IMG/VR virus record: IMGVR_UViG_3300034071_001628
DNA length: 64,000 nt
From: an uncultured virus (IMG/VR IMGVR_UViG_3300034071_001628)
Lineage: Duplodnaviria; Heunggongvirae; Uroviricota; Caudoviricetes
Reading direction: 5' to 3' (one strand)
Of the stretch, positions 48,301-56,400 are shown piece by piece; position 1 is the stretch's first letter; every line of letters starts with the position of its first letter. The notes under the pieces are model-generated. The model worked only from the letters and a program-made list of their open reading frames with translations, did not search any database and was not told the origin of the DNA. The translations under genes were made by a program, and so were the position numbers.

Positions 48301-48885
48301 AAACCTGGATTTGGTTATACAAGCACGAATCCACCACAAATTCTCGTTGAACAACCAAAAGTAATTTCAGAACTAGTAAAAGATATTTCTATAGTTCAAG
48401 GTTTCTCTGGAATCATAACTGGAATTACAACTACCGCTGGAATTGGAACTGCCCTTGCACTCAAGTTCTTTGTTAATGCATATACTGATCTTCAAGTTGG
48501 ATATCATATATTTGTATCTGGTACAAATGTTGGTAGTGGAGTTACATCAATTTATTCAAATAATAATGATGTTATTGGTGTAGGAACTCAATACGTTGAT
48601 AACATTTACAGAGTAAGTGCTTTACCAGCATTGAATGAAATTGTTTGTAATATCAGATCTAATACAGTGACAACTGGAATCCAAACATTAGGAACATCAA
48701 TTTATAATCCTAATGGATATTATTCATGGGGTAGATTATCTTCTCTATCCAGAGCAAGTAATCCAATATCTATTGGTGTATCTGGAAGAACAATTAATTC
48801 TGGACTATCAACGTTCCCAACAATTCAAAGAAGAGGGTATGGATTGAGAGATAATGGAGCTATTAGAAAAATTCTACCAGATTAA
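36376..48885 (+). CDS. gp7: baseplate wedge initiator gp7, 4169 aa, multi-domain
   Basis: Between gp6 and gp8; FYQSKGT...LF/LY, DNDYYQNLSYSVKS...LHTTG motifs. Confidence 0.85.
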   Translation: MIQTGIESKVKAYQIIENQLPAFILDESPKASEFLKQYYISQEYPSGPSDISENFNSYINLDNLTPEVIVGFTSITSSITSTSSTINVLSTKGFPQYYGLLKIDDEIITYTGITTNSFTGCVRGFSGITSYRDSNNPEELVFSETTASSHTQYSSVQNLSSLFLKEFYNKIKYSIAPGLENVDFVSDLNVGNFLKEARSFYQSKGTEESFKILYKVLYGVTPKVIDLEQFLFKPSDSEYIRRVIILTEAISGNPNNLVGQTIYSSLDTKTSAAVSEVEILTRKNKVYYKLGLFIGYSDQDLIEGDLTVTANTKVIGDVSIGSSIITVDSTIGFEKSGTAISGNNTIVYTDKTVNQLLNCSGISENISNKDSIRSNQTIFGFENGNLDKKVELKVCSIISNLQMIEDKALNLENEKIYIKHLGDLIKNPSNPNDRTYKQIFANSWVYNTSCTFEVDSFNLSSKVFTLKSDIDSSSLKVNDRVDIINAVTGSVRISNAKVTGIDGGTKEVTLSYVGYTTSTSIPHLLRRIIKKTSSELVPLKYGNDTLFADVQNVYSDDANEFMYVASNSLPSYTFRLDATPSKPSIRVGTASTFIGAATTQSGAIQKELSDDDYSIISFPTSIPFLTGDAVIYSPETTPISGLATGKYFVKVLTDPKQIKLYASNSFIQIDDYITFNPLSPGVGGKHSFVVESKFNKNIEPQKLLRKFPLREVIKDNDGVENDKEFIGMLVNGVEIKNYKSQDKIYYGPLKSISILNSGIDYDVVNPPQIIVSGPPTGSGTTSLVQPVISGSVKEVLVDPQNIELEKVISLSIQGGNGSGCLLEPIVEKTFREVDFDARLLSNFGGVGETAETITFLSNHEFSNGEAVVYKSNGNSPVSIGTYLGSNADQNRFLLENATYFVRVLNNKTVRLYPSFNDYITGINTVGFTTASNTGIHKFRTYLGKKTLKSIKVLDSGSGYQNRKLYVKPVGISTIEHTISFTDHNFKEGDIVEYQYTGTPISGLSTSNRYYIIKKDNDSFRLADAGIGATISTNYTRNIFTKFSNTGSGYHIFKYPDVSVTVNVAYGSTNVGVITCTPIVRGSIVDLYLYESGSGYGSTVLNFERKPNISIKNGKDATLYPVVLAGKIVRVDIRNKGTEYYSTPSLTVVGEGSGAVLRPIINNGQIVNVVVINSGIGYTQSTTSIKVVSAGRNVKLETKVRDLTLNDAKRYGSEYLHPKLNTGLEYCNISYLNELATNEFNDNGSSHSPIIGWAYDGNPIYGPYGYRNPINSAQGIVILKPGYVEDTSVIVDRPSGFVPGFFVEDYKFDNSGDLDIHNGRFCKTPDFPNGTYAYFAGITTDGLYQPKFPYFIGNRFRSLYAENNLDQDFDFSKSDLVRNTYPYKISDEYSQNDFIIEDDSQFNQESIITSIEKGQIKTVEVTKNGIDYKLNDALVFDNSNSNAEGASAVVSSLKGKTITSIASSTIEYSNAVLTWEDKNKARVYITPFHVLNNRDIVSISGLSTFVPKIAGNRQVSISTDRFTVFKDIPSNPVTQSGLVTDIYISTIPNTLSIGSSIGIGTEIMSVLNIFSERKLLRVKRGVSGTSHTTSTLGFVYPNFIEIGLPLQYFDSDLNSKVYFNPNQSVGVGTTSGVGVAVTYSLGELNYQIDIPTQSIYLPDHPFKTNQRLIIRKKSGDPISVSNTETSSPFNLLNSSFEYVYAINKSKDYIGIVTQVGLTTNTKGLFFRTNGSNNFEYSFEPTYNQITCTIQKNDAVVSVSTAHGLIPGDSVTLNVVPNQSVGIGTSTAVKLKFASDIQKLLVNPVGFNSYRVNPALDTINITSHSYKTGDKVYYSASDLVSSGLSTGVYYVYRVDKDNIKLTITYEDSVSNPPVIVSIASTGGSNQALSLVNPKLQPIKGNNLVFDLSDSSLSGYNFNLYSDKDFNNKFVSIANTSIISTIGVGTVGVTSTAKLTLNYSELLPNSLFYNIEKSGYISTADVSVRNYCEISFINSYYNQNYSVVGVGTTTFIVSLSSQPENTLYNQNNTSALEYSTTSKTASGPIDKISVNFSTKTYKTLPGITSIITDNGRDANLFVKSNEIGKVRDIRIIEQSFEYPSDNTLRPEANIPPTIKLKDSLTIDSIEVIDGGRNYSSAPEIVIVDDETGEKVNSGILVPKINSNSISSVEIFESPTGLSFNSKTLFTTNNSNGVGISTIQSSASGIVTCFLTTPLVGFTTNVFNAGDLIFVEGITKNGVGGSGFNSEDYGYTFFTVSSYENLIPAIVRFNLSGYTANPGIADTIQGSYATITKYSNYPKFKVNQKRTEFLVGENLYLNNLPSDLYISAVLKDYIKISGRDSFKESDIVRGTESGSVGTISEIIHSRGKFNVGYGVTASLGWKTNSGQLNNDIQVLPDNDYYQNLSYSVKSTIQYKDSIDTINRLLHTTGLKNFVDTEIISNKKVSIGSTSVDGLIIYDVSEDKRVDTIYGFALSKDTSTQNGTSKFLKTFNKKFVDGLICKTNRVLSIDDVSDQFTNKENVSDTFIDLDEYTDSFARFLVQIRNTSGTQIALYELLLMYDNNQESVFTLRKGYLSNTGLGITFSPGFETDALTTIWKEEEFADVTGNIDTFDVLSLRFTPNDPYDTDYDIKFIKEVLNPNVVGVASTSIGLVKNLSTNTLVSAGSTATIFEYPANQYDAVHSMFHISNLNDNTMNFVEVYLSHDGTNTYLADYYFDSNSSEGISFNDFGEFDASLVGGTLTLKYTNPTTSQVRVLTNAVGFGSTSAGIGTIRFINDFQPEGTERSAKYQSNYVVGTGVTTILTCTSSEITSIKSLVSVSYGSTYALHQILTINADGTDVFSTQYPFLSVGSTTGIGTFGADISSGNVRVRFFPDASVTGIVTIKSYNEIIYTDLDLENSYPEITYGFNRTQSIGIGLFDSFNSKRINKTEFELEYNNTPIFTKEFNPQDSSILNPATGKFTIPNHFFSTGEALIYKPGSTIAGVSSAPVGIGLTADSVGVVTNRLPYRVWAIKDNNTEFRIATRPEYATAGISVTFTTLGSGNAHIFEMVKKNEKTIIAVDDVIQSPLAWTPIVYTVDGNGGFIGTGETVFSISGISSIVTGDIIRVEDEYMKVAGVGLGTTSTGPISTGMIKLVNVERGFVGTVATSHMDASTARVYKGSYNIVGNKVFFTDPPKGSGLVTLDDSGLPRPFSKFNGRVFLRQNYENNLIYDDISQDFTGIGQTFRLTIAGVNTSGIETGSGLVLINGLFQTPTTVNNAGNNFLYGESAGISSITFTGITSTDGTKVTSISDVNQNQFPRGGLIVSLGSTNGLGFAPLVGASVTAVVGAGGSIVSVGLGSTDILGSGYNGLTAIGVSVYQPGHTGVAASIRANVGAGGSLSFTVIVGGNGYTANPDILVSEPTYENLQITGVSRLGIGSTTTTGLNALISLEVGPNSNPITSGRNADAARLILANKTLIGEVAVGRMLAAFPAFTVPGGNQNCIDDIVDVLECITYNLQYGGNDSVYDAGKIYIDNAYLAGEEAESIYAFQQARDMAIQAMRNESITIGGYSSETQVFDYTIEGDISELPGVYNPGDCADVASAITTFVGIVTYAVGLGTIPGSRTIAPGSLFEVSKFIINRPGYAFEIGDVFKPVGLVTAKGLVSPVADFQLTVLDVYYDKFASWQFGQLDFIDSIKPLQNGTRSVFPLRYNSELVSFEKDEKNNDSALIDLDAVLLVFLNGVLQEPKSAYIFDGGSSIQFISAPKVEDNISIFFYNGTRGVDSEQTDILETIKIGDSVFVNRANGISTSLSQISQRTVYDIPTSDTLETDLYQNIGIDEFNYRSIDWSKQKRDLIINGDIVYKDRDSLEGQIYPTARVIKTIQSGDNEIFVDNARFFNYEEDESSINIPSFDALIIEDKSPVAAAISATVSVAGTISGLTITNAGFGYTTATVSVKFSAPKRSSVGVGTTAGPQNSTSIASATATIVNGSVSSVTLVKPGFGYTSTNPPQILVEQPKVISELVKDISIVQGFSGIITGITTTAGIGTALALKFFVNAYTDLQVGYHIFVSGTNVGSGVTSIYSNNNDVIGVGTQYVDNIYRVSALPALNEIVCNIRSNTVTTGIQTLGTSIYNPNGYYSWGRLSSLSRASNPISIGVSGRTINSGLSTFPTIQRRGYGLRDNGAIRKILPD

Positions 48886-48916
48886 CCTTAATAAATAGAA
48901 AGAAAACCGTTTAAAA

Positions 48917-50491
48917 ATGTCGGCAATTATAACTGATCAATTTAGAATATTAAATGCAAACAATTTTGTTGAATCGGTAGATAGTACCAATAATTCCTAT
49001 TACATTGTTGTTGGACTGCCAAACCCAACACAAGTCGGTTTTGGTAGAGTGACTAACTGGAATGATAATGTAGAAACCCCAACAGATAATTTTAGTTATT
49101 TGTCCCATGTTCAAGATACTTCTCTCTTTGGGAAAAAAGTTACTTCTTCAAATGTTAGGAGATTGGTAAGGAGAATTGATTGGACTAGAGGAAGCAGATA
49201 TGAAATCTACAGACATGATTATAGCACAACAAACCTATCTCCAGTAACTTCATCAAGTCGTTTATACGATGCAAATTATTATGTAATGAATAGTGATTAT
49301 AGAGTCTATATTTGCATTGATAATGGATCGAGTGGAATCAATACAACTGGAAATGCATCTCAAGATGAACCACTTTTTACTGATTTAGAACCATCAGTAG
49401 CTGGAAATAGTGGTGATGGATATACCTGGAAATACTTATTTACTGTATCCCCAAGTGATATTATAAAATTTGATTCTACAGAATATATTTCTGTTCCTTC
49501 AAATTGGAGCACCAGTACAGATTCCCAAATCCAATCTGTCAGAGAAAACGGTGATTCCACTGTTAATGAAAATCAAATTAAAAAAATCTATATCGATAAC
49601 CCTGGACAAAATTATAGTTCAGGTGAAGTAAATATAGTTGGAGATGGAACTGGTGGTAAAGCAGTTATTTCAGTAGATAGTGGTGGAAAAATAACTTCTG
49701 CTGTTGTATCTGCTGGAGGAAAGAATTATACTTATGCTATGGTAGATTTGGGACCTCTACAACCAGCAGGTAATATCAGCAACCCAGCAAAACTAATTCC
49801 AATTATTCCACCATCTAGAGGTCATGGATATGATATCTATAAGGAATTAGGGACTGATAGAGTATTGCTTTATGCTAGATTTGATGATTCAAATAAAGAT
49901 TTTCCAACTGATACTGCATTTGCCCAAGTTTCAGTTGTAAAAAATCCATTAAGAGTCAATTCAACTAATGTTTATGATGAAAGTCAATTTTCTGCAACAA
50001 ATGCGATTAAGTTGAGAAATGATGGTACTATCAGTGGTGAAAATTATTTAACGATTGGAAAAGAAATATCCCAAAGTGTAGTTGTTGATGGTAATAATGT
50101 TACTGCGGTTGGTTATGTTGCTTCATATGATGAAGAGACTAAAGTAATCAAATACTTTACAGATAGATCTTTATTCTACCACCCATCAACTTATGATCAG
50201 CAGGATTATGTTGGAGTTAGTAGCTTAGGTAGAAGATACGAATTCTCATCATCTGGAGGAACAATAACCACTACTGATGGGTTCTCTGGTTCTGTTGATA
50301 CTGGATATACTGGAATCACTACAAATCCAACTGGAAATAAAAATATAAATCTTGGAATACAATTTACAAATGGTCTTGCAGCATCTGAGATAAATAAAGG
50401 AACAGGGGATATTATTTACTTAGATAATAGACCTCTTGTTTCAAGAAATTCTAGACAAAAAGAAGACGTTAAAATTATCCTGGAATTTTAA
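48917..50491 (+). CDS. gp8: baseplate wedge subunit gp8
   Basis: MSAIITDQFRI.NA..F, YYVMNSDYRVYIC, DGYTWKYLF, KEDVKIILEF. Confidence 0.93.
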   Translation: MSAIITDQFRILNANNFVESVDSTNNSYYIVVGLPNPTQVGFGRVTNWNDNVETPTDNFSYLSHVQDTSLFGKKVTSSNVRRLVRRIDWTRGSRYEIYRHDYSTTNLSPVTSSSRLYDANYYVMNSDYRVYICIDNGSSGINTTGNASQDEPLFTDLEPSVAGNSGDGYTWKYLFTVSPSDIIKFDSTEYISVPSNWSTSTDSQIQSVRENGDSTVNENQIKKIYIDNPGQNYSSGEVNIVGDGTGGKAVISVDSGGKITSAVVSAGGKNYTYAMVDLGPLQPAGNISNPAKLIPIIPPSRGHGYDIYKELGTDRVLLYARFDDSNKDFPTDTAFAQVSVVKNPLRVNSTNVYDESQFSATNAIKLRNDGTISGENYLTIGKEISQSVVVDGNNVTAVGYVASYDEETKVIKYFTDRSLFYHPSTYDQQDYVGVSSLGRRYEFSSSGGTITTTDGFSGSVDTGYTGITTNPTGNKNINLGIQFTNGLAASEINKGTGDIIYLDNRPLVSRNSRQKEDVKIILEF

Positions 50492-50493
50492 AG

Positions 50494-53400
50494 ATGCCAC
50501 AAAAAACTAATTTAAATATCAATCCATATTATGATGATTTTGATAAGAATGATAATTTTTATCGTGTCTTATTTAAACCAGGATATCCTGTACAAGCTAG
50601 AGAATTAACGACTCTACAGTCTATTCTACAGAATCAAATTGAATCTTTTGGTAGTCATATTTTCAAAGATGGATCAATGGTGATTCCTGGTGGAGTCACA
50701 TATGATAGACTTTACAATGCAGTCAAATTAAACCCACAACATTTTGGAATTGATATTTCAATTTATTTGAATAGTATTGTTGGTAAAAAAATCACAGGTG
50801 CTGAATCTGGAGTAACTGCATCTGTACAAAAGATTCTACTTCCACCAGATTTAGATATTGAATATCCTACAATATATGTAAAATATATAAACGCAAATAT
50901 AGATTTAGAACCAGCACCATTTAATGATGGGGAAACTCTAATTCTTCAAGAATCTATAACATATGGCAATACAACTCTCCAGGTTGGTGATAGTTTTGCT
51001 TCTTGCGTAGATAGCAGTGCAACTTCAGTATCCTCAGCCGTTCATGTTAGTGAGGGTGTTTATTTTATTAGAGGAACTTTTGTACAAGTACAAAAAGACA
51101 CTATTATATTAGATCCATACTCAAATTCATCTTCATATAGAGTTGGATTTAATATTTCTGAAGAATTAATTTCTTCTGGCGATGATTCTTCCCTTTATGA
51201 TAATGCTCGTGGATTTTCCAACTATGCCGCTCCTGGAGCAGATAGATTAAAAATTTCAACTGTTTTAGCAAAAAAAGTATTAACAGATTTTGATGATAAG
51301 AATTTTATTGAACTAGTAAGAATTGATAATGGTGAAATTAAAAAACTGCAGGATAAATCAACATATTCAATAATCAAAGATTATTTCGCAAAGAGAACTT
51401 TTGAAGAATCTGGAGATTATTCCGTTGGGGCTTTTGGCGTTGAATTAGCAGAATCTTTAAATGATAGGTTATCCAATGGTGGAATTTATAATTCTGATCA
51501 AAAAACAGAGCAAAATAATACCCCATCTGATGACTTAGTTTGCGTAAAAATTTCTCCAGGAAAAGCTTATGTTAGAGGATATGATATTGATTTTCCAGGA
51601 ACAACAATCTTAGATGTAGAAAAACCTAGAGATTTAGAAACAGTAACATCTGCTTCAATCCCATTTGAAATGGGAAATCTAGTAAAAGTCAATAACGTTC
51701 GTGGATGCCCATTTGTTGGATTAAATAATAATAATAACTATGTTGATCTACAAACATATAGAAAAACTTCTAATAATGCAGCATCTGGTGAAACAATTGG
51801 TAGAGCGAGAGTTTATTCATTTTCAGCAAATTCAGATTATGTAAATGAAAGCTCAGCATTTAATCTATATCTTTTTGATATCCAAACTTATACAAAAATA
51901 ACTTTAAATGAACTTGTATTTTCTGGATTTTGTCCAGCGACAAGTTATATTAGAGGTTTAAGTAGTGGAGCTTCAGGTTATCTTGTACAAGCTCCAGGAC
52001 CATCTGGGACCACAGGAATCTATCTTTCTCAAACTTCTGGAAACTTTATTGTTGGAGAGCAAGTTTTAATTAATGAATCTTCTGAATATAGAAGATCCAT
52101 TGTTGCTGTAGAAACAAATAGTATTAAGGACATAAAATCGGTTTATCAATCATATACAACTGCATCTGGAATAACCACAGATTTTTCTGCAGATACTATT
52201 TTAGATAGAAAAATCCCAACAGGATTTTCAATAACTGATACAATTACTGTTAATTCCATTGGTATTGCAACATGTGCTGGAAAAACCTTCAGTGGAATAT
52301 CAACCAATACGATAATTAGATATCAAAGACCTGGATTCACAACTGAAACATATAATAGAGTAACAGCAGTATCAACAGATTTACAATATTTGTATCTGAC
52401 TGGAGTTAGCACAGTTTTTGGAGTATGTGATGGTGGAGTTCCAGGATCGGGAACAGTTGATGCTACTTTTACCATCGGACTTCCAAAAGTTCAAAATGAA
52501 GATAACGCATTTTTATATGCTAAATTATCTTCTCCAAATGTTTCCACTGTAGATTTAAATTCATCTACGGTAACAATTGTAAAGCAAGTAAATGGACAAT
52601 CTACAAGCCCCTCTGGAAATTTAAGTCTCAATACAAATACTTTAGGATTTAGTAGTGCATTTTTTGAACCTTATGATAGCGATAGATATTCGATAATTTA
52701 TAATGATGGTGCAGTTGAACAACTAACTTCAGACCAAGTATCGTTATCTGCAAATAATTCACAAATAAACTTTACTGGATTAAGATCTGGAATTGGTAGC
52801 GTAACAGTTAATACAACAATCAAGAGGCAGGCTGTAAAAAGTAAAAGAAAGGATTATATTAGAAGTGCTCAGATAATCGTAAGTTCTACTTCTTCTGGAG
52901 TTTCAACATCAATTTCTGGACTATCAACGAGTCCTTATTATGGTCTAAGAGTTGAAGATAGAGAAATATCACTGAATGTCCCAGACGCTGTAAAACTGAT
53001 TGCAGTTTATGAGTCTTTATCAACTTCAACACCAACTTTAGATACTTTACAATTTGTTAGTGGGTTAGGACTTGACATTAATGCAATTATTGGTGAAAAA
53101 ATTACAGGTTCTGAAAGTGGATCTGTTGCTCAAATTGTAAATAAACCATCTTCAACAGATATTCAATTTGTTTATCTAAACTCAAATAAATTTGTTGTCG
53201 GTGAGTTAGTTACTTTTAGTGAATCAAATATTCAATCATCAATTCAAGCAATTACATCTGGAAGTTATTTAAACATTACAGATAGATATTCTCTAGATAA
53301 GGGTCAAAAAGAGCAATATTACGATTACTCTAGAATTGTTAGAAATAGAGGTACTGTATCACCTTCCAGAAAGCTACTGATTATATTTGATAAGTATGTT

Positions 53401-56400
53401 GTCCCATCAAACGATACTGGTGACTTCTACACAGTAAATTCTTATGATAAAGAAAGATATACAAAAGATATTCCAATACTAGCAAATAATACAAGAGCTT
53501 CTGATGTAATTGACTTTAGACCAAGGGTTTCCGATTTTACTTCAACTTCAAGTTCCCCATTTGATTTTTCTAGTCGCACATTTGGTTCGTCATCAGTAAA
53601 TACCAATTTGGTTGTTTCTCCAAATGAAAGTTCCATTTTAGGATATAAGTATTATCTATCAAGAGTTGATAAAGTTGTTTTAGATAAACAAGGAAATATC
53701 AGTGTAGTTAAAGGAACTTCTTCAACTCCACCTAAAGAACCAGTAAATGTTGAAGAAGCGATGACAATCGCTACAATATCTTACCCACCATACTTATACA
53801 ATGTAAAAGATGCTTCTATTAATTTAATTGATAATAGAAGATATACGATGAGAGATATTGGAAAACTAGAGGACAGAATAGAAACCTTAGAAACAGTAAC
53901 ATCTTTAAGTTTGTTAGAACTTAATACAAAGAGTCTTCAAATACAAGATGCTGATGGACTATCAAGGTTTAAGTCAGGATTCTTTGTAGATGATTTTTCT
54001 GATAATGGAAGAATGGATTTGACAAACTTTGATTCAAAGTCTGATGTTGATACTGAAAGCAAAGAATTAAAGACACCAACTGATTTCTATTCATTAAAAT
54101 TAGAACCAGCATTATCAGATTCCATTAACTCCGATACTGCAGACTTTAGCAGCAATTTGGCACTTCTAGATCCAAATGTCAAGAAGACTGGAGATTTAAT
54201 CACTCTCAATTATGAAGAAAAGGAATGGATTCAGCAACCATTAGCTTCAAGAGTTGAAAATGTAAATCCATTCCAAATGGTTGAATATATTGGAAGAGTT
54301 ATTCTCTCACCAGCTTCGGATAACTGGGTTAGAAACGTATATGTCCCTGGTGGAACTAGAACAATAACTGGTGGATGGAATGGTTCCTACATCGATAATG
54401 TTCTAATTAGTTCAGAACCAGACACGTACATGCGTTCTAGAAACGTACAATTTGCATCTGGTGGATTAAAACCATTAGGAAGATACTACCCATTCCTTGA
54501 TGGAATATCGGGTATTGATGTTGTTCCCAAACTACTTGAAATTGAAATGCAATCTGGAACTTTCTCAGTCGGAGAGACTGTAGATGGGTTTGTAGGTGCA
54601 TCTAAACTCATTACTTTTAGAACATCTAGACCCGATCACAAATCTGGACCATATTTAACACCAACAACAACGTACAATTCAAATCCATATAATACCTCAT
54701 TATCATTAAGTACTCAATATTCAGCATCTGCAACGGTTTTAAATATTGATATTGCTTCACTCTCGGAAGAAGTTCTAGGCAAATATAGTGGTTATGTTAC
54801 AAGTGGAATGACTCTTGTTGGACAAACTAGTGGTGCCACCTGCATAGTTTCGAATATTAGATTAGTAGCTGACACTTTTGGTGATTTAATTGGTTCATTC
54901 TTCATTAGAGATCCACTAACAACTCCTCCACCATCAATAAGAATTCAAACTGGTAGTAGAACATTTAAACTAACAACTAGCTCAACAAATGCAACTCCAC
55001 TTCCTGGTAGTTTGCTGATCAGTAGTGGTGAAACAACATATTCTGCTAGCGGAATAGTAGATACTTACAGACAAGATACTGTTATTGTAAGAACTCCACC
55101 CCCACCACCACCTAATAGAGGTGGTGGAAAGGATCCACTTGCACAATCATTCACTGTTGATGAGACGGGTGCTTTCTTAACTGCAGTAGATTTATACTTT
55201 GCAAGCAAAGATGAAAATGAAAAATGCTATGTTGAAGTTAGAGATGTTGAACTTGGAACACCTACTGATAGACTTGTACAAGATTTTGCGAGAGTAATTT
55301 TAGAACCAAGTCAAATTGGAATATCTTCAGATGCATCTGTTGCAACAAAAGTAACTTTCCCATCACCAATATACTTACAACCACAAAGAGAATATGCAAT
55401 TGTTGTTCTTGCACCTACAACGAATAATTATGAACTTTGGGTTGCGAGAATGGGTGAAAAGACTGTAAATGGGCAGAATTTACCAGATGCAGAGTCTGTA
55501 ATGGTAACGAAACAATATATTGGAGGAAGTCTATTTAAATCCCAAAATGGTACTATTTGGACAGCGAGCCAATTTGAAGATTTGAAATTCAAACTTTATA
55601 AAGCGAAATTTACTTCCCAATCTGGATCTGCATTCTTCTACAATCCAAAGTTAGAAGTTGGTGACTCCAATATTCAAAAATTAATTCCAGATTCAATAAG
55701 AATCTTCCCAAGAAAAATTAATGTTGGTATTACAACTGTTTATTTAAACTCTATCAAACAACAATTAGTACCTGGTAAGAGAGTTAAGGCAAGCACTTCT
55801 CTGGCTAATGGATACATTGAAAGAGTTGGAGGTGGTGTTTCATTCACTGGAATTACAACGATTTCTACTGGTGCTGGTTATTCTGGCGGTTCATATCCAA
55901 ATGTTCGCCTATACCCAATTACAGGAAATGGTAGTGATTTAATTGCACAATCAGTTTCATTCTTCAATACAGGAAAACTTAATCAAGTCGTAATCAATAC
56001 AACTGGTATTGCAACTGGAAAAGGATTTTCTGTTGGTGATGTTGTTGGAGTTGTTACAGCAGATGTTGGCAATTCTGGTACAGGTGCTAGACTGTCTATC
56101 AGTGGAATTGATGGATATGATACACTATATTTGACTAATGTACAGGGTGACAATTTCCTTTTAGGTGGCAGTCTTCAAGTTTATACTAATGATACAACTC
56201 AAGTTTCATATGCGAATACTGTAGTTATTACATCAACAGCTGTTGGTGGTCAATATTCTGGAAATGTTCTAGAAGTTACTCAGTTTAATCATGGCATGAC
56301 TTCCAATAATAATAAAGTTACTATTAGTGGAGTTAAACCAAATACAAATCCAACTTCCCTAACCGTTGATTTAGATATAACAGATACTACAATTTCATTA

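Noticed and set aside
36376..48885. Intein or frameshift explaining the 4169-aa gp7
   Set aside because: No C/S...HN-C/S/T splice motifs or LAGLIDADG blocks noticed; the length is explained by repeated structural domains.
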